Shown here one piece after another: positions 24,882-37,830 of a stretch of 64,000 bases of DNA. How positions within the stretch are numbered: position 1 is the stretch's first letter; every line of letters starts with the position of its first letter. This DNA is from Glaucostegus cemiculus (lineage: Eukaryota): NCBI GenBank assembly GCA_976551045.1, contig CDPCPM010000026.1, positions 9,796,001 through 9,860,000 on the forward strand, in the 5' to 3' direction. The notes beneath the pieces were generated by a model. The model was not told the origin of the DNA. It did no database searches and worked only from the letters and a program-made list of their open reading frames with translations. A program made the position numbers and the translations under genes.

Positions 24882-26185
24882 GTTTTTTTTTTATTTGAAA
24901 AAATGTATTCATAAAATAATGGCTTTCTTTACATTTCTAGTGCCGTTAAGTCCATACAGTCATAGTGTCGAGTCTATAGATTCACAGTGTCATCGCGCCC
25001 ATACATTCTATGTATAGAGCTCTTTGAACAATACGCCAAGTGTTTGAGAGGCTGTTAAACAGGATCCAGATCCTCAGTGTCCAGTGGCAGCAAGATCTCA
25101 GATCACATTCCTTCCTCACAAAGCCTTTGCATTAGTTGCACCAAGCTTCAGTGTGTCCCTTAGTAAGTACTCCTGTCAGCAGCATTCACTTATGGACATC
25201 TCAATGCACTAGAAGGCCCACAAGTTTCAGGCAGACCGAAATGCGTCTCACACCAAGCTGATGATCTTCAAGGAGCACTGCATGGAGGTGCTGGGGATCT
25301 GGTTTGGAGGAACCAGGGCATATGACAAGAATTATCTGGAGTGGAGAACAAAGGTCAAACAAAACTGGGGCTGTGAGAGCAGCTCTCCGTCTTGTGGTGG
25401 GCAAGAACCTAGTTATTAGATGTAAGGTACTATCAGTGCTATTGTATTTGGCACAGGTGTGGCCCATACCCCACTCCTGCACTATGGAGGTCACCCGAGC
25501 CATCTTCCATTTCATATGGTGATCTAAGATGGAGCACATCCAATGGGTCATGAGCCTTGAGGGATAAAGTGCATCCAACATTGCCCTCATCCTGATCGCC
25601 ACCTTGGTGTGGCTGCATCAAGCTGTGTGTAGAACCAAAGTACACAAACACAAACCTCAACCATGCTGAGGTGCAACTTGTCCCCAATATTGGGAAGAAT
25701 GGGCCTGACCTCTTTGCTGCTGAATTTCACATTTGGTTGGAATTTGCTGCTCTACCTGTCCTTGTAGAAAAGTTTCTGTAGAAACACCCTTTTGACCACA
25801 GGTCCATCAGGGAGTGAGAAGCATAGAACATCCTGCAGGCCCTGTGGAAGAAAAATAGGATGGATCCAGAGGGATGGTGTCCCAAGTAGACTGAATGCCT
25901 CATCGCCAGGGCTCACCGACAATCACCAAGACCTCACTCGGCTGGCAGTAGGAGAGACCCTCCCCATCAGATCCTTCCTGTGTGGTCAGAATCACACTCC
26001 CAGCGCATGTTGCCCTCAAGATGGCTGTGATCATCCATCTTGTTGCTGACTGTGTGTTGTAAAGAAGGTCTAGGAAACAGTGTAATGGCCCTTGTCGAGA
26101 TTCATCCCGAGCAGCTGCGTGACCAAGGATCCTCTGATTTACAGGCTGTTCCCAGGGACATGTACCTGGGAACAGCCTGTAAATC
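24882..26185. mobile_element. Tx1-like (L1 clade) LINE with a 5' inversion: 3' part on minus (24882-about 25280), upstream part on plus (about 25283-26164)
   Basis: Plus: EVLGIWFGG, GKNLVIRCKVLSVLLYLAQVWPIPHSCTMEVTRAIFHFIW, LIYRLFPGT. Minus: KIISLV.DAFRSA.NL and QEYLLRDTLKLGATNAKALW-like sequence, ending in an A-rich tail (poly-T on plus at about 24883-24892). Confidence 0.85.
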
Positions 26186-26199
26186 TTGGCACCCTGAAG

Positions 26200-26415
26200 T
26201 TGATGAATCTTTAGAATTCTTTACCCAGAGGGTTGTCCCAGCTCAGTCACTGAGTATGTTCAAGATAGAGATCAATCGATTTCTAAACCTAAAGAGAATC
26301 AAGGAGTATGGAGTTAGCGCAGGAAAGTGCTGCCAAAATAAATGATCAACAAAGGTCTCATTGAATGTTGCAGCAGGCACAAGGGGCTGAAGGGTCACTC
26401 AATATTTTCGATATC
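26200..26415 (+). mobile_element. CR1 3'-end fragment
   Basis: FFTQRVVPAQSLSMFKIEINRFLNLKRIKEYG followed by the terminal AAGGGGCTGAAGGG. Confidence 0.75.
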
Positions 26416-26422
26416 TTCTAAC

Positions 26423-26748
26423 AACTTAGAAGGAGGTCATTTGGCCAATCGAGTTTATGTCAACTTACAGAGAAATCCCATTCTCCCACTAATTTTCACT
26501 GTAATCTATTCTTCCTCCATTCCCGTCAATTCTACTATCCACACTACTCTAGGGACAATTTACAGTGGCCAATTAACCTACCTACCCATACATCATTGGG
26601 ATGTGGGAGAAAACCTGAGCACCCAGGGAGAACCCATACAATCACAGGGGAACATGCAATCTCCACAAGGAAAGCACCTGGGGTCAGGATTGAACCTGAA
26701 TTGCTGAAGCTGTGAGGCAGAACTCTACCAGCTGTGCTACTGTGTCAC
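26423..26748 (-). mobile_element. V-SINE (HE1-like)
   Basis: Reverse V-core TTGGGATGTGGGAGAAAACCTGAGCACCCAGGGAGAACCCATAC...GGGAACATGC and tRNA-like head (GGATTGAACCTG). Confidence 0.85.
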
Positions 26749-27999
26749 TCCTGCTTCTGTTTCTTAAGTTATTATGTTGTGAGCCCAGGTTACTGTTTGT
26801 AGGCCACTCAGCATTGGGACATAGCTGTGGCATCGAGGCCTGGAGGATACTTAGCACAGAATACCACAATAATAATCAGAGACATATGAAAACAAATGAA
26901 TTATAATTATATCACTTAAAATGGTAAAATTATGTAACAAAAGTACTTAAAATATCTTTAAATGATATGGGTTAAGTAAAGGCATTAAGATTAACTAAAT
27001 AAAGAAAAGAAACAAACCACTTACTCACACTTACCATTTTCAATTCAGAATTGAATGCCAGCGCATTGTACACAACAGCCATGGCTGATCTGAAGCTAAG
27101 GGGCCAGATGCAAAGTTTCTATTGAATGAAATGATGCAATAGGACAAATCTTCTTCCAACATCCACATGGGTCTGCTAGTGGATATGCTGGGAACCGGGC
27201 AGTTCCCCAGCAGAGTCTGTAGCTCAGCCTTGCACACAGCAGAATGAGCACGTGGTCTCTGAACATTTGTATATGTTCTTTTGTCTTTAAATCTTAACAT
27301 TTTACTTTGATGTTGTTTTAAAAGTTTCATGTTATTTTTATATTTTTTACAACCCCTGTGTGATTTTGAATGTTTTTGAACACCAAAGACATTCACATGT
27401 ATTCGATTGAAAAGGCATCTTTGACAACCAGCGAGCCTGGGGTGGGGCCTCACCACCTGTCAAAGACATTGCCTTCAACACGGCCAGTAACTTGAACCAA
27501 AAGAGACCCTGAAATGCCCTGGTCTTCACCCAAGTGTTGAGAGCTGGCCTCCTGGTGGAAGGCTGCACTTGGTACTAGATTCCAGGGCATAAACAACGAG
27601 TGATACAAGGCAGCAGAAGATCTGCCACAGTGCTGTATGATGTGAATCTCATTTTAGCCATGGAATTCAGCCAGAACTAAAACTTATGAAGAACTGTTTA
27701 ATCATTCCAAAAGCCTCTACATTTGATGCTTTCAATCATTTGGAATTAAAGACAAAATAGTGTAAACTGTTGCATAAAATGTTGATAAGCAGATGCTCAT
27801 ATGGCATTTGGTTTCTGAAGAAAAGTTAATGCTTTGACAAAGTACAATTAATTAGCATATAGATCAAAGTCCTGTGTCTTGACTTATTTCCAGGCCTATT
27901 CAACTTGGCCTAGTTCTATAGACAAGTTGTCTCCAGGCCGTCATTCGAAATTAGGCAAAGAAAAAAATCTCCTCTTTTAGATTTGCTTACTTCAGACAG

Positions 28000-28054
28000 G
28001 AATGATGGAAAAAAGGGAGGAAGGAATGGAGGAAAGGGAGGGAAGGAGGGAGAG
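28000..28054. repeat. Purine-rich (GGAA/GGAG)n tract
   Basis: gggaggaaggaatggaggaaagggagggaaggagggagag. Confidence 0.8.
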
Positions 28055-28169
28055 TGGATTTGTTTTTAATGTGCCATTATTGTTCCAATGTGGGAAATTG
28101 GATTCTTTGTATATAGCAACATAATAATGACTAAATTATCTATTTTGTTAAAATTCATCGAATCTAAAC

Positions 28170-28390
28170 ATTGGCTGGGATAGTGGGGTAATTTCCTTGT
28201 TCTTTGAAAATTACAGCCTTGAAGCCTTCTACATCCATCCAAGAGAGCAGGCGTGGATTTCATTCAACACCTTATTTGAAAGATGACACCTCCAATCAGA
28301 TGACACGGCCAAAGTATAATCTAGACAATGGCTTTTGAGACTTTTACCTTGATTCATTTTCGCAGAGCTGAAGGGACATATTTAACTCCA
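28170..28390 (-). mobile_element. DeuSINE-like (SacSINE1/AmnSINE1 group) fragment
   Basis: TTCTACATCCATCCAAGAGAGCAGGCGTGG...CAACACCTTATTTGAAAGATGACACCTCCAA parallels the reverse Deu domain. Confidence 0.55.
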
Positions 28391-31300
28391 CAAGGCTCAT
28401 TGATAAATTAGCTGGTTAAGACAGTTAGAATGTTCAGTACCAGAAATTACCCGGGTTCAATTCCCCATCCAACATTGGGGTAATAGTTCGTTGTGTTACT
28501 AAAACTAGCAACCATTTGTTATAAATGTATTTGTTGCAGTTGAACAATATCTGCTTTCCAAGTACCACATGTTAAGTTTAAAAAAGGACCTCACTTAGGT
28601 CAACCATAGTTGAACTTGTAATTCTTGACTATAATGCACCTTGAAAATTTAAAGAATAACGATTAGTTTACAGTCATCACAGGAATCACAATTGTACCCA
28701 AATTTAAAGAATATTGCCCCTTTAAATCAGAAGTCAATAATCACTCATGGAATCACAGATTTAATGAACAAGCTATTCAATTTCATTACAGAAATGTATA
28801 TTTTAATAAGTGTACCAAGTTTATTCCACATTTTAAAATATTTATATCCGTACAATAAGCTCAGCCATTACCACAGTTTTCATTGTGAATAAGTAAACAG
28901 TCCATGTCTTTTGACAGACATAAAACACGCTTTGGCTGGAAAATCTAACCATACTAATAAAATAAATAGAAAAGTCAAAACAAAATGGGGCATCTGCATC
29001 TCTCCAAACAAGCTCCTTATTTGATGCATTAATGAAATATGAAAGAGATGTAGCTCGTTAAACAATGTTTTGAACTTAGCAAAATATAGAATATTTTTGG
29101 ACTGACAGCTCTTAAATAAAGGCTAAAAAAGAGGAATAAAATCAATCCCACTGAACATCAAACAGACATCATCCAGTGTATTATTTATGCATTCTCCAAA
29201 GATCAGCATGTCACAGGTACTGGCAGCTTTCTAGTAAGTTAACAAAGTGCAGATCTTCATGCATGATCATAGATAGAATGTTGATGTGCTATTTGGCTGG
29301 GAAGGTATTTCAATCCTATCTTCACAAATTCTAACCATAAATTTTTAATGAGAATTCATTGAATGGTGATCAGCAGGGGGAACCTGGCTGTTTTAACCCT
29401 GTCCAGCTAGGAATACTGAAGAAAATGTGTTGTCCTCACTAACTCAATAATAATGTGAAAACACGTTTTAAACTCATTCATCAAGCCCAAAGACCATCAA
29501 AGCAGATTTTTTTAAAAATATTTTAAAATATTTAAATTGTATTAGAATATTTTTTTCTACAATTCATAAGCCAAGTGTGAAGTTTTTTTTAACTGAACAA
29601 TTTTTCAAGGAAAATCCTCCAGAAGTAGCTGTTGTTGTGTCACCTTATGTAATTCTAGACATTAAGGCAGCTCTCTGATCTCATGGATCAAGTGTTTTGT
29701 TTGCTTATTTGTGAAAATAGCGATTTCCCCAGGTTACTGAGAATCTCTCTTATATAAAAAAAGAACTTGATGGCACTCATTACTGAAATGTGTTGTGCTA
29801 CAAATGGACAGAAAGTAATCCCCTTTTTCAGATTACTGGATGAGTGATAAAGGACTTCAAAGAAGCACAAGTGCCCTCCCCTGACATTGCCTCTCTGTCA
29901 ACCTGAAAGCACAAACAATAAAAAATAATTTAAAGGCTACTTGATAAAACTTTCTCTTGTACACACAACAGCTCTCGCCATTGGGACCAAGTGCTGGCAC
30001 AATACACTGGAGCAGACCATTTAGTAAATGAACAATCTCTAAACATGGAGAGGGGGTGTGAAGGTATTTTGGCTTCTGCATCTGTTTCCAGGGTTCATTA
30101 AGTTAATCTGTCTCTTAGGTCCATATCTATATTTATACTGGACATTAGCTGTTTACTATTAAGAGCAAACAAAATGGACAATGTTCCACAGTAAAGAAAG
30201 ACTAATCTGTCAGTTGATACTGTACACAGATCCCACAGGCTCCAAGCCAATATTTAATAGGGACTCCTGAGTGATATTTAGTGCTGTGAAAGTGACCTGA
30301 GTCAAAATCCTTCCTTAGAAATATTTGCTGAGCTATGCTCAGTTTCTCTATCTGGCAGGCTATTCCAGTCATTTACAAGCGGAAGAAGGGGTAAAAATAG
30401 CAGCTCATTTTGACAGGGAATTGAGAAACAAGAAATAGAGTTTATACTGTCTCCTGCACTCCTGAGATCAGGAAAACAGGAAGGTTATACTACTTGAGGT
30501 GAGGTAAAGAATTATGAGGGGTTTCAAGCAAAAGCAGATAGCAAGTGGATGTAAAATTCATCAAAGTAAAGCAGAAATAGCTTAAAATTCCAAATAATTT
30601 AAACTATTTCAAAATGTTCAAGTATGTAAGGTGTAGATGATAAGGCTTATGTTTACCATGATTTACCCCTAAACCAACACTTAATAAAAGCACAACAGAT
30701 CCAAAACTTGGAAGTAAACTGTAGGTTGTTTACTGAGTAATCCCTTTCTCTTTTGTCTTTTACAGCAGCAAGTGCTTTTATGAGCAGGAGAAAATGATGC
30801 ACAATATGAAACCCTGGGGAATGTTATAAATAAAACAATGTTTCTAAGGATTTTTCATTGGGTGAAGAACATATTCTAGCCAACAGAACAAAGAGTGATA
30901 TCTGAAACACTATTTGAATGAAAGGACTTGTGCACAGGCAGTGCAATAAGAAGGGTATCAATGTTTTCCTTCTACTAAAACAGCAAAGAGCAGCCTACAG
31001 ATTAATGGCCTGGTACATAGGGCTAAAATGTAACATTCCATTTTCTGTGATCTGGGGAAAGAGGGCAGTGGTTGTCAGTGAGATGGTGGGGCTGGAAATG
31101 AACGGATGGTGCTGTTGTGGGAAGGAGGATTTGCAGCAGCAGTCTATAGACTCAGAATTTTCTGTAGCATATTTATCAGAGCTGTTATAACACCACCAAC
31201 ATATTAACAAGTTAGTTCCATGTTTCCTGGTCTATCGGGTTGAGTGGGCATTATGATGAAGATGTGTAAGACTCAATATCAGCTCCACCTTTAAAGGCAC

Positions 31301-31929
31301 GTTGCAAGTATGACAGGATATTGGGGAATATATGAGGCTGCCCCTTCTCTTCAGGTCATAGCTCTCAATGTTACAAAAATATATGATTCTATGTCGAGGT
31401 GTGTGAGAGCCCAGAGTAATCCTTGCTGATGGGATTGCAGAATCTGCTCCAGAGCATCACTCCTCACCTCACATCACTTTGTAAGTACTGCCACTTACCT
31501 CTAACAAAGCACTGCTCCACCCTCATCTAAATAAGCACCAATGACATACGCATGACCACATTTTTAAGCATTGTCTTCCGCCCTCCCTCGTTAATTTTCT
31601 CCATCTACCCACTCAACATTTGCAATTACTCTCTCCCTCCTTTTGGAAGACAAGGAGAGATGATGAATTGGAGCTGGCCCACAAACTATCTGACAACTCA
31701 CACCTGCACAGACAGGACTTTGGAGGTAAGTAACGTAAAGGAATGGATGACTATAGGTGAAGATGAACACCTCATCACTGCCCACTGATAGAATTATTTC
31801 ACATTACGTACAATGTTCACTCTTGAATAAAGATAGCAACATGTGAACAATTAAACACATTCTCACCTTGACAGCTCTAATTTATATCTTTAATCTTCCA
31901 CCCATCCTGTAGATGTGCAACAGAAAGGT

Positions 31930-32985
31930 GATGACATCTCATATCCCACCACCCTCCAGACAGAACAGAATTCCCCTGGTCTTCACCTTTCACTCACCTC
32001 CACATCCAGCACATCGTCCTTTGCCATTTCCGCCAGCTGCAATACAATCCAACCAACAGCCATATCTCCTCCTCCTCACCTCGTTTTGCCTTCTGCAGGG
32101 ACCTGTCGGCCTGTGATCTGTTAGTCTGCTCATCCCTCCCCACCCACCCCTGCATGAGCCCTGGCACTATTCCCTACAATGACAGGAGGTGCAACCAATT
32201 TATTGCTACACCTCCTCCAGCCTTTTCAGGTGATGCACAGATTCAACCTCCAACCTCATTGACTGCATTGGGTGCTCCCAATGTGGCATCCTCTACATCA
32301 GCAAGACCAAGCGCAGACTGGGCGACCGTTTTGCAGGGCACCCACCGTCTGTCTGCAATGGCCATCCTGAGCTCCCAGTTGCATGTCATTTCAATTCCCC
32401 TTCCCCTTCCCACACCGACCTAGCCACCCTTGGCCATCTCCATCACTAGGGTGAAGCCCAATGCAAACTAGAGGAACAAAACTTTTTATTCCACCTGGGT
32501 TGTCTACAACCCAATGGCATGTACATTGAATTCACCTCCCCCCTCATGATTCTCATATCACCTCGTTTGCCTCCAGCACTGGTAGCCTTTGTCTTCCTGC
32601 TTATCATTCCCCGCAGCTGTTTCCACCTTCAATCTTCCCTCATCTGCCTTTCCTTTTTTCTTCTCTGCCTTCATCTTTCCTCCATCTGCCTCTGTCTCCC
32701 AACTCCTTCCCTACCTGGCCCAAACCTGCCTGTCATCCCTTCTCCCTCCTCAGTCCACCAATCTCTTTGAACTCCTGTCTCGCCACACCCCTCTCCTCTT
32801 TATATAAGCCATCCCTTCTCTCCAACCTCAGTCCTGACGCAGGCTTTTGACCCGAACTGTTGACAATTCCTCCCCCTCACCCCCACCACCTCCAAACAGA
32901 TGCTGCATGACCTACTGATTTCCACCAGCATCTCGTTTGTTGCTCCAGATTCCAGAATCTGCAGGCTCGTGTCTCCTGCTATTCC
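31930..32985 (+). mobile_element. Penelope-like retroelement 3' portion (GIY-YIG endonuclease relic plus terminal repeat with degenerate hammerhead)
   Basis: RQNRIPLVFTFH; TSNLIDCIGCSQCGILYISKTKRRLGDRFAGH (32246-32341; GIY-YIG with Cys insertion); CKLEEQNFLFHLGCLQPNGMYIEF. Then a pyrimidine-rich UTR and CAGTCCTGACGCAGG...CCCGAACTGTTGAC. Confidence 0.9.
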
Positions 32986-33889
32986 TACTAGTTCAGTTGC
33001 TCGCACTTTGGTGGTTGTGGTAAGGAAGGTAGATGGGTGCACCAGGTGACACACACAAGTGAGTAAAATGAGACAGTGGACACAAGTGGAACGTCCACAT
33101 CCTGGAGTACCCTGTCCTCCAAGCTCTCCTCAGCTGGATGCAGACACCACAGCTTGCGGGACATCAACAAACGTGATACTTCTGTAGCAGCAGCAAAGAA
33201 TGTGTGACATGCTGGGCAGTGTTCCATCTGCACTGTGCACACTTGCAGAGAGATTCCTATTGAGTGGCACTGATACCTCAAATCACAGTTAAATGTTTCT
33301 CACTATTGTTATTCAAAATTGTCACAAAATCTACTTCAGTGGATAGTATTTCTCAACTCTTAGTTTTGTTGGGTTTTCATCTTGAAAAAACTTTGGGAAA
33401 GCTATTGGCTTTTCACTAATCAGCTTATTTTAGAATTTTAGTAAGGATTAAAACCATGAGAGCTCACACAGAAGAAAATGTCTATATTGTTTATATGGGT
33501 ATAAATGCATAAAAACCAAACTAACATACAATCAAAAATTTGGCTGCGAGGAAGAGCAAACACATATATAGTTAAGTTAAACCTAGACTATATTTAAAAT
33601 ATTGCTGTGTGGTTAGGAAAACATATCTTTCTCTGAAGGACTGTTAATCTTACAAGACATATCAAAGATAAACTTGTGAGAAGTCTGTTCAGTTCAGGAC
33701 CACAGTAACACAGTTGAGCTAAGAAGGCAATGGTGTCAAGTATCAGTAACCGGTCAGGAACTTTATAACACCTCATTCAGGCTGGTCAGCATTATACTTA
33801 AATTGTGATACAATTTCTTTCCAGATCCTTATCTCCTCACATCGAGTTGCTAGATCCCTTCTCCAGTGGAGTAAGCACTTGGCAACATC

Positions 33890-35030
33890 ACTTCCAGTCA
33901 CATCACTGAGCTTAGATATTCAACAGCATTACAATCACCAAGTTTCCCACCACAATCTTCCTGGGGGGTCACCATTGACCAGAAACTCAACTAAACCACC
34001 CACCTAAAAACTCTGGCTACAGGAGTAGGTCAGAAGCTGAGTATCCTGCAGTGAGTGACTCATACTTTGACACACCAAAGCCTTTTCATGATCCACCATG
34101 CCAAGGGCAGTCACTGGAGTCACCTCATCCCTAGAGTTCAGCTCTTTGGTTCATGTTTGGAACAATGCTGTGATAAGATCTGGAGCCAAATAGTCCTGGT
34201 GAAGCATCCTAACCAAGCATTAGTGAGCAGATTATTGGTGAGTAAATGCTGCTTGGTAGCATGATCAGCAACATCTTCCATCACTTTATTGATGATTGAG
34301 AGTAAAATAATTGGGCAGTTATATGCTGAATTATATTTTTCCTATTTTTACTGAACAAGAAATACTCAACAATGTCCACATTGTTGGATAAACACTAGTG
34401 CTGTAATTATACAGGAAAGGCTTGGCTACAGGCACAGTTAGTTTTGAAACACGGGTCTTCAGAATTACAGCTGAGATGTTGTTCGGTCTCAAAGCCTTTG
34501 CTGTATCATCGTTTGTTAATGTCACATGGAGTGAATTAGATTGGGTGAAAATTGGCTTCTGAGATGATTGGAATGTCAGGAAATAAGACAAGATAGATCA
34601 TCGACTTGGCATTCTGGCTGAGTGACACTCACAAGCTGGGTCCCACCATGGTTGAGGATGGGATGTTCATGAAACCTTCCCATCTTCCATTAGCTGTTTA
34701 ATTGCCTATCACTATTCATGATTAGATGTAACATCCTGCAGTGCTACAATCTGATCCATTAGGTGTGAGATCATTAACTCTGTCTTTTGCAAGTTCTTTT
34801 TGTTGTTTAGCTTGCATGTAGTCCTCTGTTGCCACTTCACATTGTTGACTCATTATTATATGTCCAGCATGCCCATCCACACACTTTGTTTAACCAAGGT
34901 TTGTCCTCAAGCTTGATACTAATGGTAGAGTGAGGAATCCACTAGGCCATTAGGTTACTCTTGGTGTAATGACAGTACCTGATGACTGCCCAGTTCAGAG
35001 CTGCCAGATCAGTTCTGAGTCTATCCCATT
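33890..35030. mobile_element. CR1/L2-group LINE relic in two opposite-orientation pieces (+33890-34110, -34110-35030)
   Basis: Plus: LGVTIDQKLN...TGVGQKLSIL. Minus: DTAKALRPNNISAVILKTRVSKLTVPVAKPFLYNYSTSVYPTMW (cf. KAMGPDNIP..VLKTCAPELA.PLAKLFQYSY.TG.YP..W). Confidence 0.75.
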
Positions 35031-37549
35031 TTTTTTCTGATTTAATGCCAAGGAGACAGTCTGCAGCAATTTCTAGGCCCTGGCCTTTACATACTAGAAC
35101 ATCCAATTAAATGCCTTTTGAAGTACTGTAATGAAGGGAAATACAACAGTAAATGTGTGCACATGAATGGCTCTAAAAGTGTGAGTTGAACAATTACTAT
35201 TTTAAAAAATGTACAACATAAAGTCTGTAAATGTGGTGGTTGAGGGATTCGACATTGTGAAATGTTTAGACCACACTCACAAAAGGAAATAGCTGCTTTT
35301 AGCACATGAAACACACTTCAGAAGGTATGTGTGAGTCATTACCTAATTACCACATATCAAAAATTCAGACTAATATACTACAAATCATGAAAGTTATGCA
35401 CTTTACCATGTTATGATGAGAATTATATAATTGAATTGTCAGCTTTGTGCTTAAACTGAAATACATGGTATGAATATTGAGGTAGAAATTCAATGCCCCC
35501 ATGCAGGAATATATAGGATATGCACTCCATTTATGAAATTCAGTTTCAGAAACAAAGTTCAGTGCATATAAGCATGCATATTACATACATACAGCAAGGG
35601 ACAAATTTCTACCATTCTGTAATCAAGTAAGAAAGCACATTTTTGCCAAAAAATATTTCTGATCTTTACTGCTGCACAAGACTCAGACATATAATATAAC
35701 AAAGGAAGTCTAAATGTTTCCACAGTTGCTTGGAAAATCAAGAATATCATGAAATGTTTTGTCATAGAAATTACTGGGTTTACAATACATTCAACATGTT
35801 GATTCTTTCAATGAAAGATGTAAAATGCACTCCTTTGGGCATGTGGTGAGTTGCAATCAGTGCAGTCGTAGGAAGGCGGCAGTAAGTAGGTGTCATCTTT
35901 AATGTCAGTTACCTTATGAGTGATAACTGAGGAAAACAATAGTGCTTATTCTCAAAAAAATATTTGATGCAGGTAATAGATAAAGTATATATCAATATTA
36001 AAAGATGTGGCGTTCACCAGTTCTGTGTTAATAGCTAGATCTTAATTTCATGCAGTAATGTTGCATCTGACTTCAGTTATCAAAATGACCAACCCAAACT
36101 AGAATTGGCCTTTATATATCTTCTTATTTTGCACTGAACTTCATTAAATGATTGTTTGACAAGTAATTCCTTTGTGTCTCTATTTTTACAATAACTCAAG
36201 CATGTCAGGTACCTCAAGGCTTTCATTTCTTTGAGCCCACATCGGGTTTACAGATTAGCTCAGATGTTGCCTTTGGGTCTATGCCCAAGTTCCTGCAAAG
36301 AGCAGTATATCTTTCTCTACTTCTGTGAAGTAGAAACAACACCTTCCAAATTCCACTCATTTAATTTGAAATTATATTTTCCCTGTGTTCCTGGCTCTTT
36401 CATTAGACAATCATGTATTTATACAGGTAAATTAATGGATCTCAGTAATGGTTTTCATTGCTGTAGGAACATAAATAGCCAGTTCATCAGCTACTTTCTT
36501 TTGCCGATTACATTTTATGTCAAAAATATTAACTTGTAGCCAAAGTATATTAATATTTCACAAAAAGAAATGCCCACAAGACTTGTGAATTACTTCCCCT
36601 GTAGGCCACAGTGGTCTTGTAGAGTAGTATTTTATTGCAACATTTGTTACTCTTTATGATTTGGTTCCTTCGCTTCAGAATTTTTTTTTAATTTGGGTCG
36701 AATGCCAAAGTTGAGGTTACGATGCTTATTTTACTTGGTCACAGCTTCCATTTTATGGGTTACTGGAAAATTTAAATTATGACCATTCTCCTGGAGAATG
36801 CAAGTCATTTTTATAAAACGTATTTTTCTTTGGTTTCCTTGCACATGTTGTAATAAAATGAGCTAAAATTATTCATCAACACATATTTTACATCTGTTCT
36901 ATTGTTAACAACCATACTCTAATTCTGGAACATGGCCCAACTCCTTTACCTATCTCTTCTACTACTGCAACTGTTCCATGTATATTCAACACTACAATGT
37001 TTTATTACTGATGTTTGTTATTTGATGGCCTCCCCAATTCCACCACTTCAGTTACGCTGCACATTTTATAGTCTGGGTTCTTATTCACATAAACTAAAAC
37101 ACACCCAGCTATTCTTGCTCAGCCCACTAGCTCTTTATGTACCACAAACCATCAAGCTGATTTCAAAGCTTTCTCTGATCTCTTCATTACGTTACTCTAT
37201 CCATTTCTTTAACCATTGTTGCCTCCCAAAGTCACAGTTCTTTGGGATCTTGATGACTCATCATTTTCCACTGCTAGAGAGCTGAATCCTTTTCCGAATT
37301 TCTTCCTGAGGGTTAAGTCTCGTGCATGCAATGAGCCTGATATATTACTTTCATATGAAAAGGATGATGTAAATATAAGTGGTATTTAAGATTCAAATAA
37401 GGACCAACAAGCTTCCAACATAATTAGGTAAATCTGATTGACAGAGTGCCACATATTTAAGCATACAATTTGGAAGCTGAATCGATAACAAAAATATTAT
37501 CTCTAATTAAAAAATGAGTAGTTTTCCTTCAGATTTGCATATAATCATT

Positions 37550-37830
37550 GAGCCATAGAATCAAAGAAATTTATGAGATAGAAAAAGACCATTTGGCCCA
37601 TCAATTCAATGCTAGCCAGAAAGGGAATATCTGAATTCCCCAAGCCAGCTCTTAGTTTATAGTCATTACCTGTATATCCATGTATTTGTTTTAAACCTGA
37701 CAAAGCTTTCTGATCCTGTCAACCATTTAGACAACCCAAATCCCCACCAAATTTTATATGAAAAAAAATCTTCTGCTCCTATCTAACGCTTCCAGATACA
37801 GTTCTCACCTCTCTGCCAAGGGAACGTGGG
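37550..37830 (-). mobile_element. CR1 3'-end remnant
   Basis: CATAGAATCAAAGAAATTTATGAGATAGAAAAAGACCATTTGGCCCATC is a reverse CR1 terminus. Confidence 0.6.

Noticed and set aside
28410-28470. tRNA gene (box B-like GGTTCAATTCCC)
   Set aside because: No cloverleaf can be formed; most likely a decayed SINE head. The same applies to the V-SINE heads.
31250-33280. Harbinger Myb-gene downstream exons flanking the Penelope insertion
   Set aside because: Only a vague compositional resemblance and one GTAAGT donor (about 31726); no motif I can defend.
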